Assembly: GCA_024679065.1 (NCBI GenBank)
Contig: JAGIQG010000009.1
Location: forward strand, 109,182,001 to 109,246,000
From: Sphyrna mokarran
Lineage: Eukaryota
DNA: 64,000 nt
Reading direction: 5' to 3'
Both the position numbers and the translations under genes were made by a program. Below the pieces are notes generated by a model that had not been told where the DNA came from, ran no database searches, and saw nothing but the letters and a program-made list of their open reading frames with translations. How positions within the stretch are numbered: position 1 is the stretch's first letter; every line of letters starts with the position of its first letter. Shown here in pieces: positions 1 to 14,000 of the stretch.

Positions 1-1889
1 CATGGGGAGAACATACAGACTCCGCACAGTCACCTTAGGCTGGAATTGAACTCAGGTCTTTGGCACTATGAGGCAATAGTGCTAACCACTGTGCCACTAT
101 AAATTCCTAATAAATGGAATACATGACAGTGGATGACTTTAGATATGAAAATACAGCAGCTAAAAACACTCAGCAACAAACGACAAAGTGTGAACGAAAT
201 GAATAAACAGTTAATCTTTCTCTTCAGTACGATGGCGTGAGGGATGAACAAGTGGTGCGTGAAATTCAATACAGGGAATTGTGAAGTATTTCATTTTGGT
301 AAGAAGAATATAGAATCCGTACAGTGCTGAAGGAGGCCGTTTAGTCGATCAAATATGTGCCAACTGTTACCCAGATCACATCCTCATCGCCCCATGTATG
401 TATTCCGTTAATCCGCCTTACCTGCACATCTTTGGACACTAAGGGGCAATTTAACTTGATCAATCCATTTAATCTACACATCTTTGGACTGTGGAAGGAA
501 GTCACTGCTGTTTGTATCTTCCTGAGACTTGTTTAATTTATTAATTTGCAGAGATACTACCTCTTTGCAATTCAATCAAGGCCACGTTTAGCTCAAGTGG
601 ATATTTCACATTTGAGAACAATGCGGAGCAAGACAATTCTCTTTATCCCTCGCCTCATCTCACTAAAGAAAGAGATTAACTGGTCATTCATTTCATTCAC
701 ACTTTGTAGTTTGTTGCTGAGTGCTTTGCTGTATTTTCAAATCTAAAGTCACCTACTGTATTAGTCAGTCATGTAATCCAATCACAGGAAAGGTCTGGAA
801 TAAAAAGAAAATGCTGGAAATACACAATGGTATCTTTAGAGAGAAAAACACAGCTGATTTCCCATATTTGTCATCACTTGTTTCATTTTGTTTCCTAGCA
901 CTTTAAAAAATTGACCAGGTAGCATATGCTGAGCAAATACAGAGACAGGGAAAATAGTAGCGAGAAGGGGAGTGTACTCTTTCCACAGTATTTCAGAGGC
1001 AATAGCATCTTGCTGCATTGCAGTTAAATAGAAACAACCAGAGTTTTTCTATTGTTCACGGATGCTGGTTTTTCCTGTGCAGATATTCCTATGAAGTTGG
1101 AGAGGAGGGTAATAGTGGGAATATATTTTGAATGTATTCCTCCTCCTTCCAGGTACCTCGTGGTGATTTGTTTGGAAATGTCTGACTGTCCTTTTGCACT
1201 TGCTGATGTGTTCTGGTACATCTCTGGTTTTTAACTGACTGCATTTGAATCTTGCAAAAACCTGTCTCCAGGCAGAATTGTCTCTGTGAAGTTTGGACCG
1301 AGGTATTCCCAGCATTCCTTACCTTTTGGCCAATTTCTGTGTCCTTTTTTTCAAATTTTAGCTGCTGTGTTTGTAGTTCCGACTCTATGGTTGGAGTTGG
1401 TTCATTTTTAATGATTCTGTTTTACTCGAGCAGTCGCAGGCTGCTACAACTTGCTTTACGTGCCAGACAATGAAGGAGGCAACAGGGCAGTGGTATGTCG
1501 CTGGGATAGTGGTATTGTTGCTGGATTAGTAACGCAGAGACCCAGGATAATGTTCTGGAAATCCCATCATGGTGAAATCTGGGGAAATCTGAATTCAATA
1601 AAAATCTGGAATTAAAAGTCTTAATGATGACTATGAAACCAGCGTCTTAAAAAAAACCATTGTCACAAAAGACCATCTGGTTCATTAATGTCCTCTAGGG
1701 ATGGAAATCTATTGCCTTTACCGGGTCTGGCCCACTTGTGACTCCAGATCCACTGCAATGTGGTTGACTCTCAAATGCCATCACAGATAGGCAATAAATG
1801 CTGATCCAGCTAGCGAAGCTCACATCTCATGGTTGAAGTAAAAAAAAACAGATGCAAAATTGAGAACATCTGACTTACTCTGACCAGAT

Positions 1890-2420
1890 CTGTACACAGC
1901 TTTATAGAAAGGATATTATTAAGCTGGAAAAAGAGTGCAAACAAGATTTACTAGGATGTTACCAGGATTTGATGGTTTGAGTGATAAGGAGAGGCTGGGT
2001 AGACTGGGACATTTTTCTCTGGAGGGTAGGAGGCTGCAGGCAGCAATCTTATAGAGGTCTATAAAATAATGAGGGGCATAGATCAGCTAGATAGTAAATA
2101 TCTCTTCCCAAAGGTAGGGGAGCCTAAAACTAGAAAGCATAGGTTTAAGGGGAGAGGGGAGAGATGCAAAAGAGTCCAGAAGGGCATTTTTTCACACAGA
2201 GGATGGTGAGTGTCTGAAACAAGCTGCCAGAGGTAGAAGTAGAGGCGGGTACAATTTTATCTTTTAAAAAGTGCTTTGTTACATGGGTAAGATGAGTGCA
2301 GAGAGATATGGACCAAATGCAGGCAATTGGGACTAACTTAGGAGTTTAAGAAAAGGGGCAGCATGGGCAAGTTGGGCCAAAGGGTCTGTTTCCATGCTGT
2401 AAATCTCTATGATTCTAATT
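1890..2420 (+). mobile_element. CR1 LINE 3' end
   Basis: aggatattattaagctggaa...ttcacacagaggatggtgag...gggccaaagggtctgtttccatgctgt tail. Confidence 0.8.
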
Positions 2421-3759
2421 AGTTTCTGCTCATCTTTTGCATATCCTTGGAAATCTGGCAAATAATTTTCCTTCAGTAGGAAAAGTTACCATAGTTACAG
2501 ATGGCTATAGGCTGCTCTCCTCTTTGAGAAAGAGTGTAGACTGGTGGTGATTTAACCTGAGGATCACCACACTTCAGTCAGTGCAGGAATTAAACCCACA
2601 ATTGTCACTCCACGCCATGAACCAGCTGTTGAGCTAACTGAGCTAACCAACCTCTGATATTGTCCTTCAATGAGCATTAGTCATACAAATTATTTGATCA
2701 TCATCATGTTGCTGTTTTTGACATTACAACAATTATTCTACTCCAAAACTGCATCATTCGCTGTACAACCTTGAGGGACATGGGGTTGTCACAGATTCTG
2801 GAAAGCACTGTTAAGTTTTTATTCTTTTTATATTAAGTTATATTCAAATAAGTTTTTTTTTCAAAGTTGTAATTGTATTTCAGAGTTTGGTTTGATATGT
2901 TGTATCCTGAAGAGTTTAATAAGATACAAAGTGTATCATTGTAATTCTCTATTGAAAGTGTTGAATGTTTTGAGTTGCTGTTTTGAAATGTTGGCTATAA
3001 ATTTTTTATTAAGCAATCATTATGATTCAAGATTGAACAATACTGGTAATAATAATGAAACTTTATTGAATATTAGTGAGATTTGAAACAGTATTTGATC
3101 ATTTACTTACATTGAGAATCATATCACACCATTTATGCCTTGAGTAAAAATCACTTTAACATGTGGCTGCATCTCTGGCCTAAAGCCCTGGCTCATCCTC
3201 CAACAGTCTCAGAGTTTTCTACACTGATGTAAGAAGGAGCATTGATTCTATTTGGAACAATTTCACAAATCAAAACAATTTCATTGACTTATAACCTTCA
3301 ACTTTATCCTCCAAATGTAGGGTTCACTCAGGATTTGCGTCTATAAACCTTTTAGAATATTTGTTTTTCTGAGATTGAATCAGGTGTGGAATTGCCAAGG
3401 AGCATCTTTTACACTTGTCAGTGTGTGCTGTTCTTGGTGGCCTAATGATTATTGCCAGAAACTCCCTCCTCAAATTTCCTTGAACCGAGACACCAATTCT
3501 CTCTAACTCCTTACCACGCTTCAATTAAGGTGTCTCGTCTATGTTTCCATGGCAATGTAATTCCCTCTGCTTGCTGGTCCATCCTTATAGTTATATTAGC
3601 TGTTATATAGTTATTGCAATGCAGACTGAGGCCATTCAGCCTGCTGAGTTCAGGTGGGCTCTTTGCACATCCATTAAGTTTCATTCACCTCTTCAGTCCT
3701 GCCTCACTTTGAAATTTAAGGTTTTTAGAGTTTTCTCTTTGGAAAATTTTATTCTCTCA

Positions 3760-4200
3760 AATCCAAGTTCCTTTTGAAATCATTAACCACCTCCAGTTCC
3801 ATAACCATTTTTGTCAGCCAGTTCCACATTATTGCCACTCACTGTGTATAAAGACATTCCTTGTATTCCCGTCACCACCCCCAGTATATCTGGTCTTACA
3901 CTTAAATTTGTATTTCCGAGTGTTTGAACCAATAGTTGAAGGGAACAGATTTTCTTTGTATTGCTGATATAAACCTGTCATAATGCTGCACATATTTATA
4001 AAAGCTTCCCTCAATCTCCTTTCTCCAAAGAGAACAACTCCACTTCTCCAACTTAACCTTCAGATAAAATCCGTTATCTCTGGAAAGCTTTTGGGCAAAT
4101 CTCTTCTGCCCTCTTTCAAACACCTTCTCACCCTTCTTAAAGTGTGGTGGCCAGAACTGGATACAATATTCTAGTTGTGGTGTAAATTCAATTTGATTAG
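3760..4200 (-). mobile_element. Decayed CR1 fragment
   Basis: PQLEYCIQFWPPHFKK. Confidence 0.7.
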
Positions 4201-5999
4201 ATACGTTACTGATTATATTGTATTTATATGTTCCCTCCCCTCTTACTACCCTCTCACTTTGCTCCACTTTACACAACTGCAAGGCATAATGGTCTATTAG
4301 ATTAATACAGAGACAAAATAATACAATTGGAAATATAAAACAACAACTTATATTTTTGTAGCTCAATTAAAGTGACAATGATCTCGCTCGGGCAAAATTC
4401 CCACCCAAGGTCAGTGGAGATTTCCATTGTCAGACCCTCGCCTGCACCGATTCCGTGACAGGTGAGGTGGTAGAGTGCCACTAAATGTTTCAAAGCACTT
4501 TATTTCAACATCATAGAACAAAACATAACATTGAACCAGAAATGAGGGATCAGGATACAGGATGTATATCTATGAACAAGCAGTATTCAGATTGCATAGC
4601 GTCTTTATTTTAACAGGTAAGCTTACTAATTAAACATTTATCTCAATAAGCAACTATATTGAATATCTGGGAAGCATCTCAGATGCACTAACATCTTACA
4701 TACAGAAATAAAATCATGTGTTTCATCTGGCTGAATTCCCTGTCTTCATCAGAAGGTGATATCGGAATGGTCAAGCACTGAGACATACAGATCACCCTGG
4801 GCTGGACTGTTGCTGACACATTCTATTTGAAGCAGCGTGACAGTGGAGGTGCAGAGATGGGACTCAGTGTTAGCAAAAGAACTAAAGCAAGTGAATATCT
4901 GGAAAACACTGCCTGAAGAATGGGGTGAGTCATTTCAATAGTAACTTTGAGAGGATAATTGAATGACAATCAACCAATCAACATGACAGTGTAATAGTTA
5001 AACCTATGGCAGCTGGAATGCAGCGGGCAGTGGAGAAGGGGGGAAGCGGTGGGTGTGCACCCAGTCGGCAAGTCAATTAATTGAGTCACAGCAGGCAGCC
5101 AGACTGAGTGATAGTTTTCTACAAGGTATCCCATCTGCAAGAGGGAGTCTTACCCACCATCCCTAATGTGGTGATGTCGCAGTGTCAGTGTAAACATTTA
5201 CACCATTTTCAGATTCCTGTCCCTTAGTTTATCAACTTCCTGGGGGTTATCATTGGCCAGAAATTGAAGTGGACAAACTATATAAATACTGTGGCTAAAA
5301 GATCCAGTCAAAAGGTAGAATTCTGTGGTGAATAACTCACCTCCTGACTCCCCAAAGCCTTTCCACCATCTACAATGCACAAGCCAGGAATTTGATGAAA
5401 TATTCTCACTTGCCTGGATGAGTACAGCCCCAACAATACTCAAGAAACTCAATACTTCCAGGAAAAAGAAGCCCGCTTGATTTCTACTTCTTCCACAAGC
5501 ATCCACTCCCTCCGCCACCGCGCATAGTGACTGCTCTGTGTATCATTTACTAGGGACTTGCCAAGAGTCCTTCGGCAACACCTTCCAAACCCACTGTAAG
5601 AGTGAATTAATTGATTTATTAAGGGGGGAGGGAGATAGATCCTACACCCCTGAATTAGAATAAAAGAATATGCTAGTCAAAGCTTATATCTCAAAGTTCT
5701 AACATTAGCAGAATTCACCAGCAAGTTTTTTTTAATTGTTTGAAGAACAGACAGTTTCTAGATTATAAACCAGCTTTTGGGTTACGGTTTAATTGTAAAT
5801 CTACCTAAGCAAGATTGGAATTTTAATACAATGTTCAGTGTATAACTAACTATAAGCAGTTTGTATCTGTGAGTTGGGAGGGAGACTTGTATTAGAATGC
5901 TGTCCCTGTGATCGCTGTGTTAAAGCTGTGACTTTGAGCTGTGACAGTGTATCACAGGAGAGTGCTCTTCCAGAGGTTGCTCTGGAGTTGTTCTATTTT

Positions 6000-6920
6000 A
6001 AATGATCTTGCAAGCAGGGATGAAGTGTCCGATAAAAAAATTATTGATGATACTACAATAGGTGGGAAAACAGGTAGCAAAGAGGAAAAAAGATTTTATA
6101 CCATCAAATAATGCTAGGAGATTGGGCCAGAATTTTGCAGATAGCGTTTTAATGCAGATAGTGTGAGTTTATCCATTTTGTCAGGAAAAATAGAAAGCAA
6201 ATTATTCTCTAAATAACAACCGGATGTTTTCAAAAGTCTGGTTAGAGGGATCTGGTGTTTTTTTGTCATACGAATTGCAGTAAGTCAGTGTGCAATAAAA
6301 AAATGGGATGGTTGGGCCTTTTGCAAAAGGCTGGGAATAAAAAGTAGGGAATGTTGTTGCATGGTACAGTGTTAGTGGGACCATCTGAGTACTGTTGAAG
6401 TTTATGATCTCCTTATTTGACAAGGCGTGATGTCTTGGAGCAGGTTCAGATGTTCAGGTTCACCAGATTAATCTGGAGATGAAGGGTTGATGTATGAAGA
6501 GATTAACCGTTGGGCTATAGTCTCATTATAGTTAGGGGATTAGTAGGGTATCTGATCAGGCATATAAATACTACATGCCATTGATAAAGAAACATTGATC
6601 AATGTTTCCTGCTCATGGAGTAATCTAGAACAAGAGGTCACAGGTATGAGTTGAGAGGCAGTAGATTTAAAAATGAGATGAGGAAGAATCACTTCTCGCT
6701 GAGGGTGATGAATTTGTGCTGCCCCATAGCACGGTGGAGTCGGAATCATCAAATAATTTCAAGAAGGAGATGTATTTCTAATAAAAATAAATCGACTAAA
6801 GGAATATGGGGAATTGGTGGGGAGGTGGAATTGAGACCAGGAAGTGATCAACCATGATTGGTAGAGCAAGCTCAAAGGGCTGAATTTGCCTACATTTGCT
6901 CCTCATTCCTATTTCCCTCC
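6000..6920 (+). mobile_element. Decayed CR1 3' fragment
   Basis: MRKNHFSLRVMNL and a CR1-type tail. Confidence 0.7.
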
Positions 6921-7458
6921 ATGTTTGAATCATGAATGATTGTAACCTGTGCCTGGGTCTCTTGTGGTTAGTTGGAATAAGTTCACCAGAACATCAGCAC
7001 CACTAAGGACAAGAGCAGCAGATACCTGGGAACACTGCCAACTGGAGGCTCCCCTCCAAGTCACTCACCATCCTGACTTGGGGATGTATCGCTGTCACTG
7101 GGTCAAAATCCTGGAGCTCTGTACCTACATCTTGGACTGCAGAAGTTCAAGAAGGCAGCTCAATGCCAGCTTCTCAAGGGGCAATGAGGGATTGATGGGA
7201 CATGCTGATCGAACCAATGACAACCACATCTTGTAAAGGAATTTTTAAAAGTTATAATTGGGGTCAATGATTTTGGAATTTTTTTTGTTAAGAATGCAAA
7301 AGGTAGAGCAAGGCGAAAATAAAGAAAATAATATTGCATTGGGGTATTGGGATCTACTGAGGCACAAATTGCATTTTAAGAACTGTCTATTGTTTGAGAC
7401 TCTTTCCCATCAGTTTACAGGAGGCAGTGAGACAGTGTGAAATTATGGGATGGATCTG

Positions 7459-8009
7459 TTAGAGACCTTTAATCCCGCAGATTGTCAGTGGGGCTGAGTT
7501 TTTCCCATCGCCATTCGATCCTGTACTGAAGTAAGGAAAGATTCTCTCAGTGAAAGTGTGGGTGAAAGTGTGGAGATGGGACATGTTGTCCGCATTGTAA
7601 AATGACACCTGTCCACCCTCACAGTCCAGGAAAACCCCAATTTTCTGGGGATTTACATTAGAAAAACAGAGGAAATCAACGTGGGTGCCACGACAAATAT
7701 GTAGTTCACTGTTTCTGAGCCACACAATCCAATATCCACCTTCAGGGCTTGTATCCAGTTTCCCTTTTCTTTTGACAGACTCTTGGGCCACTCCGATCTC
7801 CCAGTCAGTCTTGTCCTTTACCTCTACCTCCCAGTAATGTTTTCCTGATGTGAATCCCTCTGATCCCAGGACACTGTACCAGTAATCAAACCTCTCTGGG
7901 GTGTCAGGGGGCAGCTGGCATTTGGCTCCGAGTGTCACGCTGGTCCGGTTCTCAGACAGGATGAGCCGGGGATTCGCTGTGATCGGATCCAGAGTCAGAG
8001 AGGCTGGAA
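7459..8009 (-). CDS. TRIM exon 6: PRY-SPRY (B30.2) domain
   Basis: tttcccccag|TT; encodes VPASLTLDPITANPRLILSE...PERFD...GKHYWEVEV...KIGVFLDCEGGQVSFYNA...IFPYF; stop TAA at 7461-7459. Confidence 0.96.
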
Positions 8010-11000
8010 CTGGGGGAAAGTTAAAATAACACAGTCAGTGATTTAGAGAGGAGGGAAATCGCATTGGACAATGAGGGAGTGTGGCAAAGAGAGAGGAGGA
8101 AGAGGGAGCAAGAAGGTGAGGAATGGGAGAATTGAGGGAAGAGGAAGAGAGAGAAAGAGGGAGAGGTGAAGTAGGAAAGAGATGAAAGGTTAAAGAAAGA
8201 AGGAGGTGCAGGAGCAACACAGGTCAGCATGGTCAGGGAAGAGAAGGAGCATAGGACAGAGGAGAGAAAGAATCTGAAGAATTGAAGAGAACAGGCATAG
8301 AGAGAGAGATGAATTCAAGAACTAGTGGAAGACTAGAATTGGAAGGAGATAGCAGTCAGTGAGGGGTAAAGGGGGAGCACAGGAAGAGGAATAGAGAGCA
8401 AGAGATAGTGATGAAGGAGTGAGAGTAAGAATGGGGAGAGAAGGAGTGAAAGAGTTTATGAGAGTGGAATGGTGAGATAGGGGAGGATGGAAGATGGTAG
8501 AGAGTGCGAGAATTTTGGGTGAAGATGGTGAGGTGATGAGAGAATGATGCATGAGATTGAAAAGGGCAGTATGAGGAGTGGAGAGGTAATGTAGGATGTG
8601 GAGGAGAGAGGAAACAGGAAGAGCAACACAGAGAAGAGGTTTTGTAAGATAGGTGGAAGGAAAAGGGAAGAGATGGAAAAGATAAAAGAGAGAGCTAGTG
8701 TGGAAGGAGAACAATGCATTGGGTGAGGAGAGGAGAGCACTGATCAGGGGTCGAGAGAGTACAGGACAGGGTAGGGAGTGTGAGAGGATAAGGAAAAGGG
8801 TAAAGGGAGCGCACAGCGAGAGAGGGAGAAATAGTTCAGGGAAGGAATGTAAGATGTGGAGAATCGGGAGAAGACAGTAAGCAGGAGGGGGAGAGAGTAT
8901 GCTGCATTATTAGGGATGAAGAAAGAGGGAAAGAGAGAAGAGAAAGGGGTAAAAGAACTGTTAACAAGACTTGAATTGAAAGTTACTGCCCTTTACATCA
9001 AGCCATCATTCAATCAGTCATTCTTCCACAATAGGCATAGCCTAAGGTCATGGTTATGTCATTAAGACGTTAGGACGGCGGCGCGGGCTCGTTGGGCCGA
9101 AGGACCTGTTTCCCGTGCTGTGTTGCTCTTTGTTCTTTGTTCTTAATCAGTGTGGTCTCAATGTGCACTGACAAATTTAAACTCAATTGGGATTGGGAAA
9201 GTTTCTCTGCTGGTTGGAGTCAGATGAACACAAAGGAAGATGATTGTGGTTATTGGAGGTCAATCATATCAGTCCCAGGACATCATGGAAAGAATTCCTC
9301 AAGATTAGGATTCTAAGCTCAACCATCTTCAGTAGCTTCATCAATGACCTTCATTCAATCATAAGGTCAGAAGTCGGATGTTGACTGAGTTTTTATTACA
9401 ATGTATAGATACTGAAGCAGTCCCGTTCTTATGCAGCAAGACCTGGACTAAGAGTACAGCATGGGCTGAGAAGTGACAAGTGACATTTATCCCACAAGTT
9501 TGAAGCAATGACCATCTCCAATAAGACATGATCTAACCATCTCACCAAGACATTAAGTGGCATTACCGTCACTGAATCCCCCACAATCAATGTCCTGTGT
9601 ATTAACATTCAGCAGAACCTGAAGTAGACTAGCCATATTCACGTAGTGGCTACTGGAGCTGGACTCTCTGTGGTTACTAAATCCACTAGTCTGCTGATGC
9701 ACCAAAATCTGTTCACCATCCACAAGTTAGAAGCCTGCACTTTCTCCAACAGCCCTGAAGAAGCTCAACATCATCTGGATCAAAACAGCCTATTGGATCA
9801 GCACCCAATCCACCCTGTTGCAAAGTAGCTGTGTGTACATCTAAAAGATGCACTGCAGAAACTCACCAAGCATCTTTCAACAACACCTTCCAAATCTGAA
9901 ACTTCTATTAATGAGAATAAGGATGGCAGATAAATGAGACCACCACCAGTGGGAGTTCCTCTCTGATCCATTCACCACCCTGATTTGGATTTTGACCAGG
10001 TCAAAATCCTGGAATTCCCACCCTAACAACATTGTGGGTGTACCTACACTTCAGGGACTGCAGCAGATTCAAGAAGGCAGCTCACCACCCAACACCTTCT
10101 CAAGAGACAATTAGCAAAGAGCAATAAATACTGGTCTAGCAAGTGATGTTCTCATCACACGAGAAAAGTGAAAGAAATCACAGATTCCAGTGTTCAGCCA
10201 AATTGATTATTCCATGGGATATCCACAAACACTGAACATGGTGGATATGGGAAAGGGTCTAAACATTGACAACATTCTGGCTGTAACAGAAAAGACTTCT
10301 AGGCAGAGGAAACTGTATGGATAACCGTGCAGTTCCACTGCAGATACAGCAACTACCAAACAGCATGAAAAATTGCCCCGCTTTCTACAAAAATCAGGAC
10401 AAATCCAATCTGGCCAATTACTGCCCCATCTGCCCACTCCCAGGCATCAACTTCCTCAGCAATGGTCTGTTGACTGATGCTAAAGTTGGGACCCTTCAGA
10501 GCCACTTTTCTCCAGTCTTCATTATAATCTTGGTCCCAAACTGAACTGAATTCTTGAATTCTGAAAGTTGGGTGAGAGTGATGGATCTGGACATCAGGGC
10601 TGCATTTTTACCAAAGCAGCTCTAGTGAATGGTTGTCAATGGTAACCATGGGAACCTCTTCATAGAGACATATCTAGATAAGAAAGATGGTTATGTTTGT
10701 TGGAAGCCAATCATCTCAGCCTCAGGATATCACAGCAAGAGTTCCTCAGGATGGGATCCTAGACACAACTATCCTCAGTTATTTCTTCACTGACCTTCCT
10801 TCTATTATGAGGAGAGAATTGCTGACGATCACACAATTCCTCAGTAAAGTTCCTAGACCTTGAGACACTCAATCACACAGTCACTGGAAGCTGCATGGTG
10901 GCACAGTAATTAGCACTGCTGCCTCATAGTGCTAGGGACCCGAGTTCGATTCCTGGCTTGGATCATTGTCTGTGTGGGGTTTGCACATTCTCCCTATGTC

Positions 11001-14000
11001 TGCATGGGTTTCCTCCTGGTGGCCCGGTTTCCTCCCATAGTCTGAAAGATGTGTTGGTTAATTGCATTGGCCATGGTAAATTCTCCTTCAGTCAACCCAA
11101 ACAGGCGTTGAGTGTGGCGACCAGGAGATTTTCACAGTAACTTCATTGTAGTGTGAATGTAAGCCTCCTTGTGACTAATAAATAAACTTTAAACTTTACT
11201 TTGACTATGCTATAAGAAAAAACTGGAAAACATTCAAATTTAGGCTAACAAGTTGTTAGGCAAATAAGAGGCAATCAAATGCCATGCAATGATTACTTCA
11301 GAAACATAGAAACGTAGAAGATAGGAGCAGGAGGAGGCCATTTGGCTCTTTGTTTCTGCTTCACCATTCATCACGATCATGGCTAATCATCCCAACTCAA
11401 TAGCCTAATCCTGCTTTTACCTCATAACCTTTGATGCATTTGCCCCAGATGTTAAATCCATCCGCCTCTTGAATAAATTCATTGTTTTGGCATCAATTAC
11501 TTCCTGTGGTAATGAATTCCATAGCCTCACCACTCTTTGGGTGAAGAAATATCTCCTCATCTCCGTCCTAAATGGTCTACGCTGAATCCTCAGACTGTGA
11601 CCCCAAGTTCTGGATTCACCCACCATTGGGAATATCCGCCCTGCATCTACGCTGTCTAATCCTGTTAGAATTTTATAAGTCTCTATGAGATCCTCTCTTA
11701 TTCATCTGAGTTGCAGTGAAAACAATCCTAACCTAGTCAATCTCTCCTCATACATCAGTCCTGCCATCCCTGGAATCAGCCTAGTAAACCTTTGCTGCAT
11801 TTCCTCGACGGCAAGAACATCTTTTCTCAGAAAAGGAGACAAAAACTGTTCACAATATTCTAGCTGTGGATTCACCAAGGCCCTGTATAATTGCAACAAC
11901 ACAACCCTCCCCTTGTACTCAAAACCTCTCATAATGAAGGCCAACATGCCATTTACCTTCTTTACCGCCCACTGTCCCTGCATGCATTGACTAGTGCACA
12001 AGAACACCAAAGTTCTGCTGCACACTCCCCTCTGCCAATTTACAGCCATTCAGGTAGTAATCTGCCTTCTTGTTTTTGCTTCAAAAGCAACTTATCCAAA
12101 TTATACTGCATCTGCTATTGATTTACTCATTCACCCCACCTGTCCAGATCATTCTAAAGGATGTCTACATCCTTGTCACATTTCATCCTCCCACCCAACT
12201 TGATATCAAATTTCAAGAGTAGATTATTAGTTATGGGAGGATCTATGAAGGGGAAATCATGCTTAAAAATCTGTTGGAATTCTTTGAAGATGCAACTGGT
12301 AGAATTGACGGGGGGTGGCCAGTCAATGTGGTATATTTGAACTTTCAGAACGCATTTGATAAAGTGCCGCATAGAGATTATCATGCAAGGTTAAAGCACA
12401 TGGAATTGGGGAAAGCATATTGAGATGGCTAGAAAACTGATTGGCAGAGAGGAAAAAAAGATAGGAATTAATGATCCTTTTCTAATTGGCAGGCAGTAAC
12501 TAATGGGCTGCCACAGGGATCGGTACTGGGACCCCAAATATTCATAAAGTATCAATGATTTGGATGAGGTAACAAATATAACATCTCAAAGTTTGCAGAA
12601 GATACCAAATTGGGTAGGAGAGTGAACCATGACAAGGATGCAGGATCTTTCAGAATGACCTGGAAGGTTGGGTGAGTGGGTAAATCAATGGCAGATGCAG
12701 TATAATTTGGATAAATGTGAGGTTGTTCATTTTGGAAACAAAAATAAGGAGGAAGATTACTACCTTGAATGACTGTAAATTGGGAGAGGGGAATTTGCAG
12801 TGGGACCTGGATGTCCTTGTGCACCACTCGCTGAAGGTAAGCATGCAGGTGCAGCAGGCGATAAAGAAAGCAAATGGTATGTTGGTCTTCAATGGGTGAT
12901 GTTTTGAGTACAGAAGCTGGGGATGTGTTGTTGCAGTTATACAGGACTTTGGTGAGGCCACACCTAGAATATTGTGTGCAGTTTTGGTCTCATTTTCTGA
13001 GGAAGAATGGTGTTGCTCTCGAGGGAATGCAGCGAAGGTTTACCAGGCTAATTCCAGGGATAGCAGGATTGATGTATGAGGAGAAATTGACTAGTTTAAG
13101 ATTGTTTTCGCTGGAGTTATGATGAATGAGGGGGGAATCTCATAGAGACTTATAAAATTTGAACAGGACTAGACAGGGTAGATGCACTGAGAATGTTCCC
13201 AATGGTAGGGGTGTCCAGAACTCAGAGATGAGGATAGAGATGAGGAGACATTTTTTCACCCACAGGTGGGCCTGTGAAATTCATTACCACAGGAAGTAGT
13301 TGATGCCAAAACATTGAATGTATCCAAGTAGTGGCTAGATATAGCAAATGGGGCAAATGGGATCAAAAGTTAGGGGAGAAAGCAGGATTAGACTATTGAA
13401 ATGGCTCTTCAGCCATGATCATGATGAATGGTGGAGCAAGAACAAAGGACCAAGTGGCCTCCTGCTGCTCCTATCTTCTATGTTTCCATGCTAATATCTC
13501 TATAGACACATAACCCAGTGAAGATATACCATTGTCTTGGCACCAAGACTTATTGCTTGAGCTGGTACAATTGCAAATGGTCTGCTTTCATTGAATTTCT
13601 GAGTATCCATTCAATGCTTTTCACCCAACTGGTATCTCTCCCTGCACTCAAAACTGCACTCTAACTTCACAGTTGCTCTAACCACAGGGTGAATACGAGA
13701 GTTAACTGAACTTAGCTTCCAGTAACAAAAACTGCAAGATTACTGGGGGATCTGAGAACTCCTATCTTCAGTTTTTAATCTTACACGGTCTGAAGTTCTT
13801 TCTATATTTCTCTGTGTCTCTGTGTGTTCCTGGGTCGAACGTATGAACAAGGAATAGGAGCAGGAGCGGCCATTCAGCCTCTCATACTTGCTTTTCCATT
13901 TAATAAGATCATGGTTGATCTGGTAGTAACCTCAAATCTACATCCCGCCGATAACTGATCATTCCCTTGCTTAGCAAGAATCTACCTTGCTTTGTCTTAA

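Noticed and set aside
10895-10960. tRNA-like A and B boxes
   Set aside because: These are SINE heads followed by V-core sequence, not cloverleaf tRNA genes.
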